Positions 9,196 to 18,644 of a stretch of DNA of 64,000 nucleotides are shown one piece after another (position 1 is the first letter of the stretch; the number at the start of each line of letters is the position of its first letter). Both the position numbers and the translations under genes were made by a program. Under the pieces are notes generated by a model. It searched no databases. It had not been told where the DNA came from and was given only the letters and a program-made list of their open reading frames with translations. Location of the stretch: the NCBI GenBank assembly GCA_020439995.1, contig JAGROY010000218.1, forward strand, positions 2,225 to 66,224, given 5' to 3'. The stretch is from Verrucomicrobiia bacterium. Lineage in GTDB: Bacteria; Verrucomicrobiota; Verrucomicrobiia; Verrucomicrobiales; DEV007.

Positions 9196-9611
9196 TCGCC
9201 AATGATGCTCACTGCAATCCTCCGAGTGTGCGGCGCCCGCCGGTGCTCGAACAGAAACAGGCCTTGCCACGTTCCCAGAGCGAGGCGCCCACCGATGACC
9301 GGCACATTTTTATCCACATCAGTCAGGCACATGCGAATGTGAGACGGCATGTCATCCGGACCTTCGCAAGTGTGGACAAAGTAGGGCTCGTCCTCCGGCA
9401 CCAGCCGGTCGAAATAAGCGTGAAGGTCTGTCCGGGCGCTGGGATCCGCGTTCTCCATGATAATGATGCTACAGCTGGTATGCTGCACAAAAATTGTCGC
9501 CGTTCCTGACTGGATACCGCTGGCCCGAACCATTTTGCTCACTTCGGGAGTGACCTCGTAGGTTCCCTTGCCGCGAGTCGATACTGAAAACTGGTCGCTG
9601 AATGCTTTCAT
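9192..9611 (-). CDS. yjbQ: YjbQ/UPF0047 family protein (secondary thiamine-phosphate synthase-like)
   Basis: 139 aa. TYEVTPEV, ATIFVQHTSCSIIIMENADP, DDMPSHIRMCL and GRLALGTWQGLFLFEHR match the YjbQ family pattern. Confidence 0.85.
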   Translation of the reverse strand: MKAFSDQFSVSTRGKGTYEVTPEVSKMVRASGIQSGTATIFVQHTSCSIIIMENADPSARTDLHAYFDRLVPEDEPYFVHTCEGPDDMPSHIRMCLTDVDKNVPVIGGRLALGTWQGLFLFEHRRAPHTRRIAVSIIGE

Positions 9612-10256
9612 ACAATTCGTCTCAAAAGAGATACGCCAGCCCCGCGACCGTCAATGGATCGTTACAGGAAAGAATGTTTCAGCCGATTGACAGAATTCTC
9701 CAAATTCCAATCCCGAGAAGGCCATTCCAACAATCGATCATTCAATAATTAAAATACTCACCATCAATTACTTACAACTTATATAAAGTAATTGGCACGG
9801 TTCCAGCGTTCTTTTGCATCAGAGGTGGGTAACCACCTTGGTCGTGCATCCTGAAACCAGGTGCCACGTCTCCCTTAGACCCATGAGCGGTTTCCTCCAA
9901 AAAGACCGCTCATCCCCAAAATTGAGATGAACTTGAACCTTCCGACAAGCAAGATGTCTGCTGCACGCTCCTCAGGAGCGCTGGCATACTTCTGCTCTCG
10001 AGTTCCCTTGAGATCAGCGGTCCCAGTCGTCCTTTCTCGGACGTCCCTCCCCTTCCCAATCTGGGCGGGGCGAAAGGCTCGGTTCTTCGAACTTTGTCCC
10101 GTTGATGCTTGTTGTGGCATCCGCCGCAAGTCGATATTGGTGCTTCAATCGTCAACTTCGCAGATTTCGCAAAAACAGGCATCAACGGGCAATTTTTTCG
10201 TCACTATATCAAATTTTACTGGCGCAATTCCAAAACTTGCGTTATCAGTATTGCGA

Positions 10257-10286
10257 TTCCTACCACATGCAATGCCAGGGGGCGGG
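10257..10286 (+). repeat. Copy A of a conserved 30-nt motif TTCCTACCACATGCAATGCCAGGGGGCGGG
   Basis: 27/30 identical to copy B at 10398..10427. The 3' end of the motif forms the 5' arm of terminator hairpin A. Confidence 0.7.
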
Positions 10287-10319
10287 AGTATGCCGCTCGC
10301 ATCTCCCGTCCCCACTTTT
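10279..10319 (+). terminator. Intrinsic-terminator-like hairpin A
   Basis: GGGGCGGGAG-t-ATGC-cgctc-GCAT-CTCCCGTCCCC is a long stem with one small internal loop, followed by ACTTTTC. The T tail is on the + strand only. Confidence 0.45.
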
Positions 10320-10397
10320 CCCAGCGGCATCTGCGCTTCAAAGATTGAACACTGTGCTCTAGTCGAGCGTCCAGCATCTTGAGAACCTAAAATTTTT

Positions 10398-10427
10398 TTC
10401 CCACCACATGCAATGCCTAGGGGCGGG
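10398..10427 (+). repeat. Copy B of the conserved 30-nt motif TTCCCACCACATGCAATGCCTAGGGGCGGG
   Basis: See copy A. It is preceded by an A/T run (AAAATTTTTTT). Confidence 0.7.
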
Positions 10428-10456
10428 TTCCGTTTACGGAGCCCGCCTCTCTTTTT
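10422..10456 (+). terminator. Rho-independent terminator B (+ strand)
   Basis: 11-bp stem GGCGGGTTCCG/CGGAGCCCGCC (one G-U pair), loop TTTA, then TCTCTTTTT. It is oriented for a + strand transcript even though both flanking genes are on the - strand. It sits 30 nt from the rnr stop, so it may also act on rnr as a weak bidirectional element. Confidence 0.6.
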
Positions 10457-10485
10457 GCAGTGAGGGGCAGATTCTTTGCCTGCGC

Positions 10486-12768
10486 TCAGGATCGCACCAC
10501 GCGGAAGTCGACGAACTTCTTCTCAAGGTCCACGGCTGCGATCGCCACTTTCAACCGATCGCCAGTCTCATAAATTTTTCCATGCTGCTCACCGCGAAAG
10601 CGACGGCGCCCCCTGTCCCAAGTGTAGTCGTCAAATGGCTCCAGCCCGTCGCACTTGATCAGCCCCTTAATGAAATAGTCAGTCAGCTCGACGAACAAAC
10701 CGATCCGGCGCGCCTCCAAAACCAGCGCATTGAATACGACACGTTCACCAGAGGAAACGAGGCCAGCGAGATATTCCAGCTCCTTGAGTCGCCGCGATTC
10801 GATTTCCGCATCAGCAGCTACACGCTCGGTGTTTGAGATGTGTTCGGCAATGTCCTGCATCCCCGCAGCTTTTGGCGTGCGCAGGTGAAGCTCCGGTCTT
10901 GAAGCGTTCGTTAAATTCCAGAGGACGCGGTGTACCATGAGATCCGCATAGCGGCGGATGGGACTGGTAAAGTGCGTGTAGTTCGCCTTGGCCAGGCCGA
11001 AGTGGCCTTTCGGCTCAGCTTCGTACACAGCCCGCTTCATGCTTTTCAGCAACCCGATTTTGATCGCGTATTCCGCTGCATGCCCCTTCACGGCCCTCAT
11101 CAATTTGCGCACCTCCGCAGGAACGGTAAGATCACCCACTGCGATACCGAGGCTGTGCACCAGAGCCTGAAATTCGTACAACTTCTCCGGATCCGGGGCG
11201 TCGTGATTGCGGTAAATCGATGGCACGGAAGCGCGGCGGGTGGTTTCCGCTACCGCTTCGTTCGCGGCCAGCATGAATTCTTCGATCATCTGGTGCGACT
11301 CGTCGTACTCGATTCTCGCCAGCCGAAGTGGCTTACCGTTTTCGTCGAGCACTGGCCGAACCTCTGGAAAATCCAAGTCCAGCGCCCCTTCGGTGAATCG
11401 TTTCTCACGAAGGACTGAAGCCAGTCGCCACGCTTCCTGCAGCGCCAGCGTCACCTTTCCATCGGAGTCATCAGCAGGGCTTGTTTCTCTCATGCGCACA
11501 ATGGCTTCCTCATAGGTGAGACGGCAGGCGCTGCGAATGACCGCACTGCAAAAACGCGTCCGTGTCCTGTTACCATGGGCATCGAACTCCATGATCGCAG
11601 CACGAGTCAGGCGATCCACCCCGGGTTTTAGGCTGCAGATCCCATTGCTCAACTGCTCCGGCAGCATGGGGATCACACGGTCGACGAGATACACACTGTT
11701 GCCACGATCATTTGCCTCGCGATCGATCGCGCTGCCAGGCCTGACATAGTGCGAAACATCGGCAATGTGTACCGCCAGCTCCCAGCCGCCATTCTCACTG
11801 CTCAATCGCCGCACGGCAATGGCATCGTCAAAATCCTTCGCATCAAAGGGATCGATAGTGACGACCAGTTTATCGCGCCAGTCTTCCCGCCCGGCGAGTT
11901 CATCCAAAGGGATCGCTTCATCAATCGCCGCCGCCTCCTGCAGAACCTTCGGAGGAAATTCCATCGGCAGCTGGTGCCTGTGGATAATCGAAAGAATGTC
12001 CACCCCCGGAGCATCCGCCGGCCCTAACGAGCGTACCATTCTTCCGCGTGGATGCCGGTTGCGCGAGTGCCATTCCTCCACCGTGACAATCACCTTGTCA
12101 CCGGGTTGCACCCTCGTTTCCGATGTCACCTGCACGTCGATCGTGTCCGGCAGGAGCGGATCATCCGGCTGCACGTAGTCGAATTTTCCTTCCCGGCGGA
12201 AGGTGCCCACGATGCGGTTATTGCGCCGCTCGAGAATTTTGATCACACGGGCCTCGACTCGCGTTTCCGCATTTTCATCGACCTCTCGCAACAGGTCGCG
12301 CTTGCGCTTCACGTGCTTCCACCACTTGGGGATGCCGACCTCGAAGACCTTCACCACCACCTGATCACCATGCAGCGAAGTGTGCGCGAACTTGTCTGGG
12401 ACGTGCAGGCTTGCCTCTGGCTGTAGATCCAGGGCTTTGAGCGCAGTCTTGTTCTCCGCGCTATTGCCGTCAGGAAGGAAAAACACATTGCCCTTGCGGT
12501 CGCGGCGAATGGTTCCAATCAGCGTGTTGCCAGCATTTTCACACAACTCATAGCGTCCTTTCTTGATCTTGACGACCAGACCTTCCGCCTCCAGTGCACG
12601 CAACTCAGCCCGCAACTCGGCGCGGTCACGCGAATCGACCTCCATCGCCCGCGACAGCTCCGACTTGTTCTGCGGCTCATAGTTCGGGTCGCGCAGGTGA
12701 CTTAGCAAACGCTGTCGCAATTCACCGTCCTGCCCGGCGGCTTCCTGTTCATCATCAAAGTTCGACAC
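10486..12768 (-). CDS. rnr: Ribonuclease R (RNB-family 3'-5' exoribonuclease)
   Basis: 760 aa. N-terminal winged-helix/cold-shock-like region. RNB motif I (TIDPFDAKDFDDAIAV). RNB core (VYLVDRVIPMLPEQLSNGICSL, HFGLAKANYTHFTSPIRRYADLMVHR). C-terminal S1 domain. GTG start. Confidence 0.92.
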   Translation of the reverse strand: MSNFDDEQEAAGQDGELRQRLLSHLRDPNYEPQNKSELSRAMEVDSRDRAELRAELRALEAEGLVVKIKKGRYELCENAGNTLIGTIRRDRKGNVFFLPDGNSAENKTALKALDLQPEASLHVPDKFAHTSLHGDQVVVKVFEVGIPKWWKHVKRKRDLLREVDENAETRVEARVIKILERRNNRIVGTFRREGKFDYVQPDDPLLPDTIDVQVTSETRVQPGDKVIVTVEEWHSRNRHPRGRMVRSLGPADAPGVDILSIIHRHQLPMEFPPKVLQEAAAIDEAIPLDELAGREDWRDKLVVTIDPFDAKDFDDAIAVRRLSSENGGWELAVHIADVSHYVRPGSAIDREANDRGNSVYLVDRVIPMLPEQLSNGICSLKPGVDRLTRAAIMEFDAHGNRTRTRFCSAVIRSACRLTYEEAIVRMRETSPADDSDGKVTLALQEAWRLASVLREKRFTEGALDLDFPEVRPVLDENGKPLRLARIEYDESHQMIEEFMLAANEAVAETTRRASVPSIYRNHDAPDPEKLYEFQALVHSLGIAVGDLTVPAEVRKLMRAVKGHAAEYAIKIGLLKSMKRAVYEAEPKGHFGLAKANYTHFTSPIRRYADLMVHRVLWNLTNASRPELHLRTPKAAGMQDIAEHISNTERVAADAEIESRRLKELEYLAGLVSSGERVVFNALVLEARRIGLFVELTDYFIKGLIKCDGLEPFDDYTWDRGRRRFRGEQHGKIYETGDRLKVAIAAVDLEKKFVDFRVVRS

Positions 12769-12830
12769 CCGGCAATTGTCGCCACAGACCGTCTATTTGC
12801 AATTTTCAATATGCACGGGTTCGGATAGCT

Positions 12831-14804
12831 CTAACGATTTTCCCACGCATCCGCCGCAGCTGCAGCGGAAGCCGCATCGATTTCTTTCCAGTCCCTGAGG
12901 ATGCGCTCCCGTGTCCCAGTATTACTTCGTGTCACAGGAAGCTCCTTGAGAATGTCAAAGGCCCGCGCCGGATCGCCCTCGGCGATCGTCCCTGCCAGCC
13001 GTGACAATGCCTCATTCTTCAGCTCGCTGGGAGGCAGCGCCAGCAGAGCAGCACTGGCAGAGTTGAAATCGTGATTGGTCGCCTCAGCTGCAGCGGTAAG
13101 CGCGGCGTTCCAGCGGAAATTTTCAGGTAGCGAACTTGTCCACTGCCAGACTTCTCCCAACGGCAGTTGACGAGCCAGAGCTTCACTGACCACGTTGACT
13201 TGGACTCCGTTTACATACTGAGCCTGCGCCGAATCCAACACCGTATGAAGAATATCCAGCGCAGCCTTGGGATCGTCATCGGCCAGAGCTTTGATGCCAC
13301 CATTGAGCGCCGCTTCGCCGATGGTTGCGTCTCCAGTCTGGAGAGCATCTTCGATCACTTGGATGGGGTCGGTCGCTGCAACTCTAGTCCAAATTTCCTC
13401 CCGAACTGGCTCCAGCTGCGGGTTGGTGGCCGCTTGCAGTGCGCCTGCTGCGTCTTCCTCGATCCAATATTGGATGAAATTGCCGATCTCTTTCGATACA
13501 TCAAGATCTTTCCCTGAGGCCAACGGAACGATCTGCGCAAGCACCTCTGCTTCTCTTCCCTTGGGAAACACCGAACGATTGTAAACCCATGATGGAGTCA
13601 TCGATCGGATGACAGCCAGCAGCAAAGCTTCCTGGGATTCTTTGGGCGCTCGCGCGATAGATTCCAGCACACCGGCAGGATCTCCATCGGATATCTGCTT
13701 CTGCAGCGCCCTGATCTGAATCTCATTTTCGACATCCTCCTTCAGGCCGTATTCCTTCGCAAACTGCACGGCAGCATCGGGATCGTCCTCACTGATCCGA
13801 AGAGCGTGCCAACGAACTGCGTCGCCACGCATTTCCTCATCGTCAATTGCACTCGCCACTCTGCGGGCAATCTCGGGGCTGATGACTACGGTGGAATAGA
13901 GGCAACTTATGAGCAGTTCATCCCGGCGCTTGCCTTCGGGCAATTTGAATACCTCGCCAATCGTCTGTTCAGGACGGAAGCGGAAGGGGGCGGTGACGAA
14001 CAGCCCATCAAGGTGCCAGTCAAGATCCGGGTGATCCAGGATCAGGGCAATCGCAGCTGACAAGTTTAATGGACCTACCTTTTCTAGCAACTTGTTCAAT
14101 GCCTCTGTGCGCTCACCGGGTTCCTGTAATTCGGCCAGGTGCGCGGAAGCGGTGCTGAGACTGGTCAGTGCGACAACTGTTTCTGAAGTACCTGGATCGA
14201 AGCGCTCCAGGAGTCTCCGGCGCAGCTTCTCATCCGCATCACCGAACAAGGCCAGCGCCTTTTCCATCCCTTCATTGCCAACTCCTTCCACAAGCCCGGT
14301 AAGCCAGGCGCGGCGGTTATCGCTCCGGGACGGAATGAGGGCGAGTGCGCGATCAATGTTAGTCGCGGCAATGGACTCGGCGGCAACGAACATGAGATTG
14401 TAACGCACCTGATCGTCATCGACGTAGGCATTGCAAAAGTCGACCGCCTCTTCGGGCGAAAGTTCCGCAAGCCGACGCAGCAGCGCGTGTGCGACCAGAC
14501 TGTGACCCGCGTTCACTGCAGATTGTGTCGAGCGAAACTCATCCAAAAGGGCCGCCACTGTGGCTTTGTCGAGATGCTGAATCCTCTGGTGCAGCGGATA
14601 GGAAAACGCATAGGAGTCTACCAGTCGATCAAGTTCATCGAGCGTTGGCGTAACATTAGATGAGGGGTACGTCATTCGATGTTCAGTGTCCCCTTTTATT
14701 GTCGAAGGCACTGCTGGTGATTTCTGCCAACCCCTCCCTGCGCTAAAACCGAATGCGCATCCCGCGATTCCCGCGACCAGCCAGCGAAAGTTTTGCCAGT
14801 TCAT
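12831..14804 (-). CDS. Membrane-anchored alpha-helical repeat protein (paralog family member 1)
   Basis: 657 aa. N-terminal TM (FRWLVAGIAGCAFGF), then Ala/Leu-rich helical repeats. The C-terminus ...ALSRLAGTIAEGDPARAFDILKELP...AAAAADAWENR is similar to the repeats in 14801..16306 and 21472..22758. Its ATG overlaps the upstream stop as ATGA (14801-14804). Confidence 0.7.
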   Translation of the reverse strand: MNWQNFRWLVAGIAGCAFGFSAGRGWQKSPAVPSTIKGDTEHRMTYPSSNVTPTLDELDRLVDSYAFSYPLHQRIQHLDKATVAALLDEFRSTQSAVNAGHSLVAHALLRRLAELSPEEAVDFCNAYVDDDQVRYNLMFVAAESIAATNIDRALALIPSRSDNRRAWLTGLVEGVGNEGMEKALALFGDADEKLRRRLLERFDPGTSETVVALTSLSTASAHLAELQEPGERTEALNKLLEKVGPLNLSAAIALILDHPDLDWHLDGLFVTAPFRFRPEQTIGEVFKLPEGKRRDELLISCLYSTVVISPEIARRVASAIDDEEMRGDAVRWHALRISEDDPDAAVQFAKEYGLKEDVENEIQIRALQKQISDGDPAGVLESIARAPKESQEALLLAVIRSMTPSWVYNRSVFPKGREAEVLAQIVPLASGKDLDVSKEIGNFIQYWIEEDAAGALQAATNPQLEPVREEIWTRVAATDPIQVIEDALQTGDATIGEAALNGGIKALADDDPKAALDILHTVLDSAQAQYVNGVQVNVVSEALARQLPLGEVWQWTSSLPENFRWNAALTAAAEATNHDFNSASAALLALPPSELKNEALSRLAGTIAEGDPARAFDILKELPVTRSNTGTRERILRDWKEIDAASAAAAADAWENR

Positions 14805-16306
14805 TGTTGCGCCCTCTCTATCTGCTGTGCCATCGCTGCCCGGAACTCTTCAGGTAGGCGGGCGCGCTGAAGGATAGAAATAGCGGAGTCCGCATCGATC
14901 CTCGCCAGCGTCGGGAGCGAACCCGCCATGGCCGTTTTTCTCAGTTCGACAGGCTCAAGTTGCAGTGACCAGGTCGCAGCAGCCATCGGCTCCTTCCTGG
15001 CCCAGGATTGAACCAGGAACTTTATTAACGTGTGCCGTGTCGCCGCTTGCGGCAAATTTTCCGCCCAATCAGCAGCAGCCTGTTCTTGACCCGGCTGCTC
15101 AGCCCACCTTGACGCGAATGCAGCTACGGCTTCCTTGCCTTCACGATCTGGCGGCAGATGCTCGAACAGGTGACGCACCGCAGAAAAATCAATCGAGCCA
15201 GATCGCGCCTCAAATTCGCTCCACTGCCTCACCGTGTAGCCGCTGATCCTCTGCTGACTTTTCAGCCAATTCAAATCTTTCGGAATGTCCCTCTCCGACT
15301 CCATCCAAATGCTTTTGATCTCGGTCAAGGTGAAATGTTGTTCCGCCAACTGCCGGGCAGTTTCTTCATCCCCAGCCTTGATGCTCCTGAGAACTTCTGA
15401 TCGGAGAATTTCAAGGACAACTGGATCATCCGATGATTGACCGTGAGCCCATTCCAACGCCTCATCTGGCAACCAGCGCCGGATATCCCGAGTTTCAAGC
15501 TGGCCGGAATTCCACAGCTCACGAGCCAATGGCGTCGGATCATCGATCTTGTCGATCGTCGCAATCAGTGCTGCTGAGCGGTATTTCGGATCTTCTATGG
15601 CTCGGGCCTTTTCCAGAGCTGCGGCGGAATCTTTGCTCGCCCACTGGCTGAATCCATTGCCGTAGGCTTCGAGAAGAAAGCCGAGCGATTCAGGATTCTT
15701 GCCTGCTTCGGATTGCGCGGTAGCCTCAACCACAGCGAGAAGAGCTTCTCCTTTGAAGCCGAGGTGGATTCCACACCGGATCAGCAAGGGGTTTATCAGA
15801 TGGCGATAGACATCGAGAACCCTCGCAGGCTCGTCGCGATACAGCTTCACCAGTGTCCGACTTATCATCGACTCGAGATCAAGATCATCATCTGAGTTTC
15901 CCATGTTGGCACGTTCCCATTCGGCATTTTCGACAAGATCCTGCACCGCCAGCCATGGCGCCCTTCTGATCAATGCGTCGTGCACCTGTTGATAGCCCTC
16001 CTGCAAGTATTCCGTGTAGCCGATTTCCCGGTGTTCCCGGGCCAACTGCCTGAGGCTGCTGATTGGCATCGTTTCGAGCACCTCTCCCAGCTTCAATTGG
16101 AATTCGTGCCGCGACAATTCCTCGCTCCAGAACAGCGTATCCCGCACGGTCACGCGCCCTTCTGGCACATGCCAGATTACTCTGGACGCAGTGCCACCGC
16201 CATCGGCTGCCAGAGGTTGAATGCTCGCGGCGGGAACGAGCATTCGTCCACACAGAAATCCGAGCAGCACAAGTGCGGCGACGGATGCAACTCTAACCGT
16301 TATCAT
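14801..16306 (-). CDS. Membrane-anchored alpha-helical repeat protein (paralog family member 2)
   Basis: The track ORF extends to 16468. I start at ATG 16306 (MITVRVASVAALVLLGFLCG = TM anchor). C-terminal repeats: EQAAADWAENLPQAATRHTLIKFLVQSWARKEPMAAATWSLQLEPVELRKTA. Confidence 0.7.
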   Translation of the reverse strand: MITVRVASVAALVLLGFLCGRMLVPAASIQPLAADGGGTASRVIWHVPEGRVTVRDTLFWSEELSRHEFQLKLGEVLETMPISSLRQLAREHREIGYTEYLQEGYQQVHDALIRRAPWLAVQDLVENAEWERANMGNSDDDLDLESMISRTLVKLYRDEPARVLDVYRHLINPLLIRCGIHLGFKGEALLAVVEATAQSEAGKNPESLGFLLEAYGNGFSQWASKDSAAALEKARAIEDPKYRSAALIATIDKIDDPTPLARELWNSGQLETRDIRRWLPDEALEWAHGQSSDDPVVLEILRSEVLRSIKAGDEETARQLAEQHFTLTEIKSIWMESERDIPKDLNWLKSQQRISGYTVRQWSEFEARSGSIDFSAVRHLFEHLPPDREGKEAVAAFASRWAEQPGQEQAAADWAENLPQAATRHTLIKFLVQSWARKEPMAAATWSLQLEPVELRKTAMAGSLPTLARIDADSAISILQRARLPEEFRAAMAQQIERAQQ

Positions 16307-16572
16307 TATGAAAATGCTACAGCGGCGGCAGTCGTAGAACAAGTTCCCGTTCTCAAATTCCAGAATCACGCTTTTGCGGTTGCTGGACACGATTCGAGAA
16401 ATCACAGCAGACTCAAGCCCATTACTGTGCATGGATCGGGCCCTTTTTATGGAGGTACACCTTCCCATTTCCCCGTTTTGCGTTTACGCTTCCCTTCGAT
16501 TTGGCAGGCATAATTGCCGAATCCCTAAAACACGATGCTCTGAGTTCACGCCAGGCACAAAAGGAATCCACC

Positions 16573-17061
16573 ATGCGAGCAATTCAAATAGCAGCCTGCC
16601 TTTTGTCATTACTGTCCCGTGCCGATGCCCAGGATCGCACCAGTGATCCGGTCTGGGGGAAACCGCCACCGGAGGTTGACGGGGCATCCCACTACTATCG
16701 CCTGGTGATTTATCCCCCGATCTTTCGCATTGACGGAGAGAAGATCCAGATTGAAAAAGGGCCGTTTCTCGTCAATGAGATTGTCCGTGGCGGCTCTGAC
16801 TTTCTGCTTGAGCGTGCAAAGTGCAGCGTAGAGGGACGCTTTGTGGTAAACGCCGAAGGTGGACGGGAACTCCTGCTCAAGCTTTACCTCGGCCTTCGGG
16901 GTGCCAATCCAGTCAATTGGGATCCGGTCGTTTTGGCGATCGGTGATCAGCAAAACCCCACACCAATATCAATCTCGGGAATGGTGGGTAGCGGCTTTCT
17001 AATGTTTCAGGCGCAACTCGAACGGATCGAGTTGAATGAAGATGGAGGCAGGGAAACGTAG
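16573..17061 (+). CDS. Hypothetical secreted protein
   Basis: The ATG at 16573 is preceded by AAGGAA. Signal peptide MRAIQIAACLLSLLSRADAQ. No recognisable domain. The track ORF begins at 16501. Confidence 0.55.
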   Translation: MRAIQIAACLLSLLSRADAQDRTSDPVWGKPPPEVDGASHYYRLVIYPPIFRIDGEKIQIEKGPFLVNEIVRGGSDFLLERAKCSVEGRFVVNAEGGRELLLKLYLGLRGANPVNWDPVVLAIGDQQNPTPISISGMVGSGFLMFQAQLERIELNEDGGRET

Positions 17062-17087
17062 TGAGTCCGCAGCTTCGTTCTGGCTCA

Positions 17088-17807
17088 CTACCGGGACTTT
17101 CGCGATCTTTTCCACCACCAGGATATCGATCGCCACAGCCCCACCAGAATGAAAGGCACCACAAAGCTTGCGCCCAATAGAACGAGCGGATTGTAGCGGA
17201 TCTCAAAGGGAAGAGCCGACTTCCTAGGGCGAAATCTGACGTGCCTCTGATCAGATGACACGGGCCTTTCCAGATGCTTTGCTTTCTCCAATGCGATCTC
17301 CAATTCTTTAAGAAGGAGTGCCTCGTTGTAATCCTCCGAATCCGCAACTTGGAGATTCTCAGGGGTCATCAGAGCAAGGTGAAGCGGGCCAGGATTATCG
17401 TGTTGAATGTAGCAATAGACTTCTCCTTCAACAATCACTTTAACCCCTCCCGGAACGGGACTGTACGGCCCCGGCAAAGGACTAACCGCAGTCTCTTTTC
17501 TCTCAAGGAACAACAACGCTCGTCTACCAGCTGCAACGGCATTGTTTCTTCGACTAGGGTAGTCTCCCTCATAATTCATTGAGATCTCGACGTTGATTTT
17601 CTCTGCCGGTTGCAGCTCTCCCTTCATCGTTCGAGCTACCGTAAAGCTGGTCACTCCCCGCTTCTCGATCGATTCTCCGGCATCACACAGAACGATATCC
17701 GATGACTGGAAGGCAAGGGAGTCCATGCGATAGTAAAGCGCCTCCCGTCCATGGGCATCGAATACTGCCACGCCTAACAGCAGATATACGCAAAGCCAAA
17801 TTCTCAC
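17088..17807 (-). CDS. Hypothetical protein with N-terminal signal peptide and C-terminal TM anchor
   Basis: 239 aa. GTG start, MRIWLCVYLLLGVAVFDAHG. C-terminal TM LVLLGASFVVPFILVGLW followed by a basic tail. Confidence 0.55.
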   Translation of the reverse strand: MRIWLCVYLLLGVAVFDAHGREALYYRMDSLAFQSSDIVLCDAGESIEKRGVTSFTVARTMKGELQPAEKINVEISMNYEGDYPSRRNNAVAAGRRALLFLERKETAVSPLPGPYSPVPGGVKVIVEGEVYCYIQHDNPGPLHLALMTPENLQVADSEDYNEALLLKELEIALEKAKHLERPVSSDQRHVRFRPRKSALPFEIRYNPLVLLGASFVVPFILVGLWRSISWWWKRSRKSR

Positions 17808-17872
17808 CAGCGAACCATAAAACGGGACTTCGCGTCGCGCAAGATATATGGAGCCCGGGCCAAGGGCCGCCG

Positions 17873-18508
17873 CTATAGCCCAGGCAAACTATCGAGTGAG
17901 ATGTCATCAAGACTGCTCGATCCTGACGATTCAGGAGCAACGGGAAGTCCACCGGAGGAGGAGCCTGGAGCCTCAAGGTCAAGCCCATCGAGACTGATCG
18001 TATCGCCACTGCCGGTGGCTCCAGAGGGAGACGCAGTGGGAGGTTCTGGAAGGTCCACAGCGGTATCGATCCCGCTGCCACCCCGTGTTGGAAATCCAGC
18101 GGGGCGCACACTTGCTGCGACAATATCGAGCTCGGACAGCAGCACGTAACCAACCTGGGCATCGACCAGCTTCACCTTCGACCAGCCGGAGCCGGCCTTT
18201 GGAACTAACAATTGCACTACGGTTCCCCGACGGAGAATCTTGTCAGGCAAACGGTCGGTGCGATCGGAATCTGGACGCGCCACAAAGAAGGAGGTGCTGG
18301 CAGCGCCAGTTTCATAGTAAGCGTTGGCCTCGGCTACCGGGGCGGCGGGCGGCTGCGGTTTTGATTTCGGTTTCGACGGAGCTTTCTCCTGCGGCGTCTC
18401 CTGAACGGGCTGCACTTGAGGCTGGCGATTAAATGGCAAAGTGAAGCAAGACGTGAGGGCTCCTGCAGTAAGCACGAGAGCGGCTGCGGTGGACAGTTTT
18501 CGATTCAT
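17873..18508 (-). CDS. Putative lipoprotein with an SH3b-like domain
   Basis: ATG at 18508. MNRKLSTAAALVLTAGALTSC has a lipobox-like LTSC. Next come a Pro-rich linker and then an SH3b-like GTVVQLLVPKAGSGWSKVKLVDAQVGYVLLSELD. The track ORF reaches 18577. Confidence 0.6.
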   Translation of the reverse strand: MNRKLSTAAALVLTAGALTSCFTLPFNRQPQVQPVQETPQEKAPSKPKSKPQPPAAPVAEANAYYETGAASTSFFVARPDSDRTDRLPDKILRRGTVVQLLVPKAGSGWSKVKLVDAQVGYVLLSELDIVAASVRPAGFPTRGGSGIDTAVDLPEPPTASPSGATGSGDTISLDGLDLEAPGSSSGGLPVAPESSGSSSLDDISLDSLPGL

Positions 18509-18644
18509 ATTCCTGGGTTTGCTAACTGAAGGTTTACCGAATTCGATAATCCTATGGGCGCTGGGGCGAAAAATCAAGGTGAGTTGATTGCCCCGAACGA
18601 TGGTTATTCGATTGGATACAGACTGACAGGACGAAGGGTTGCCT

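Noticed and set aside
9882-9912. A 9-bp perfect hairpin, ATGAGCGGT-N13-ACCGCTCAT, as a terminator.
   Set aside because: There is no T run on either strand after the stem. It is kept only as a possible structural element of the putative ncRNA region.
9927-10382. A 151-aa + strand ORF inside the non-coding island. The overlapping ORFs 9875..10129, 9910..10185 and 10102..10362 were also considered.
   Set aside because: The translations are low-complexity and rich in Ser/Arg/Pro, with no motif. The ORF reads straight through terminator hairpin A. Several mutually overlapping ORFs of similar length occur in all frames, as expected by chance.
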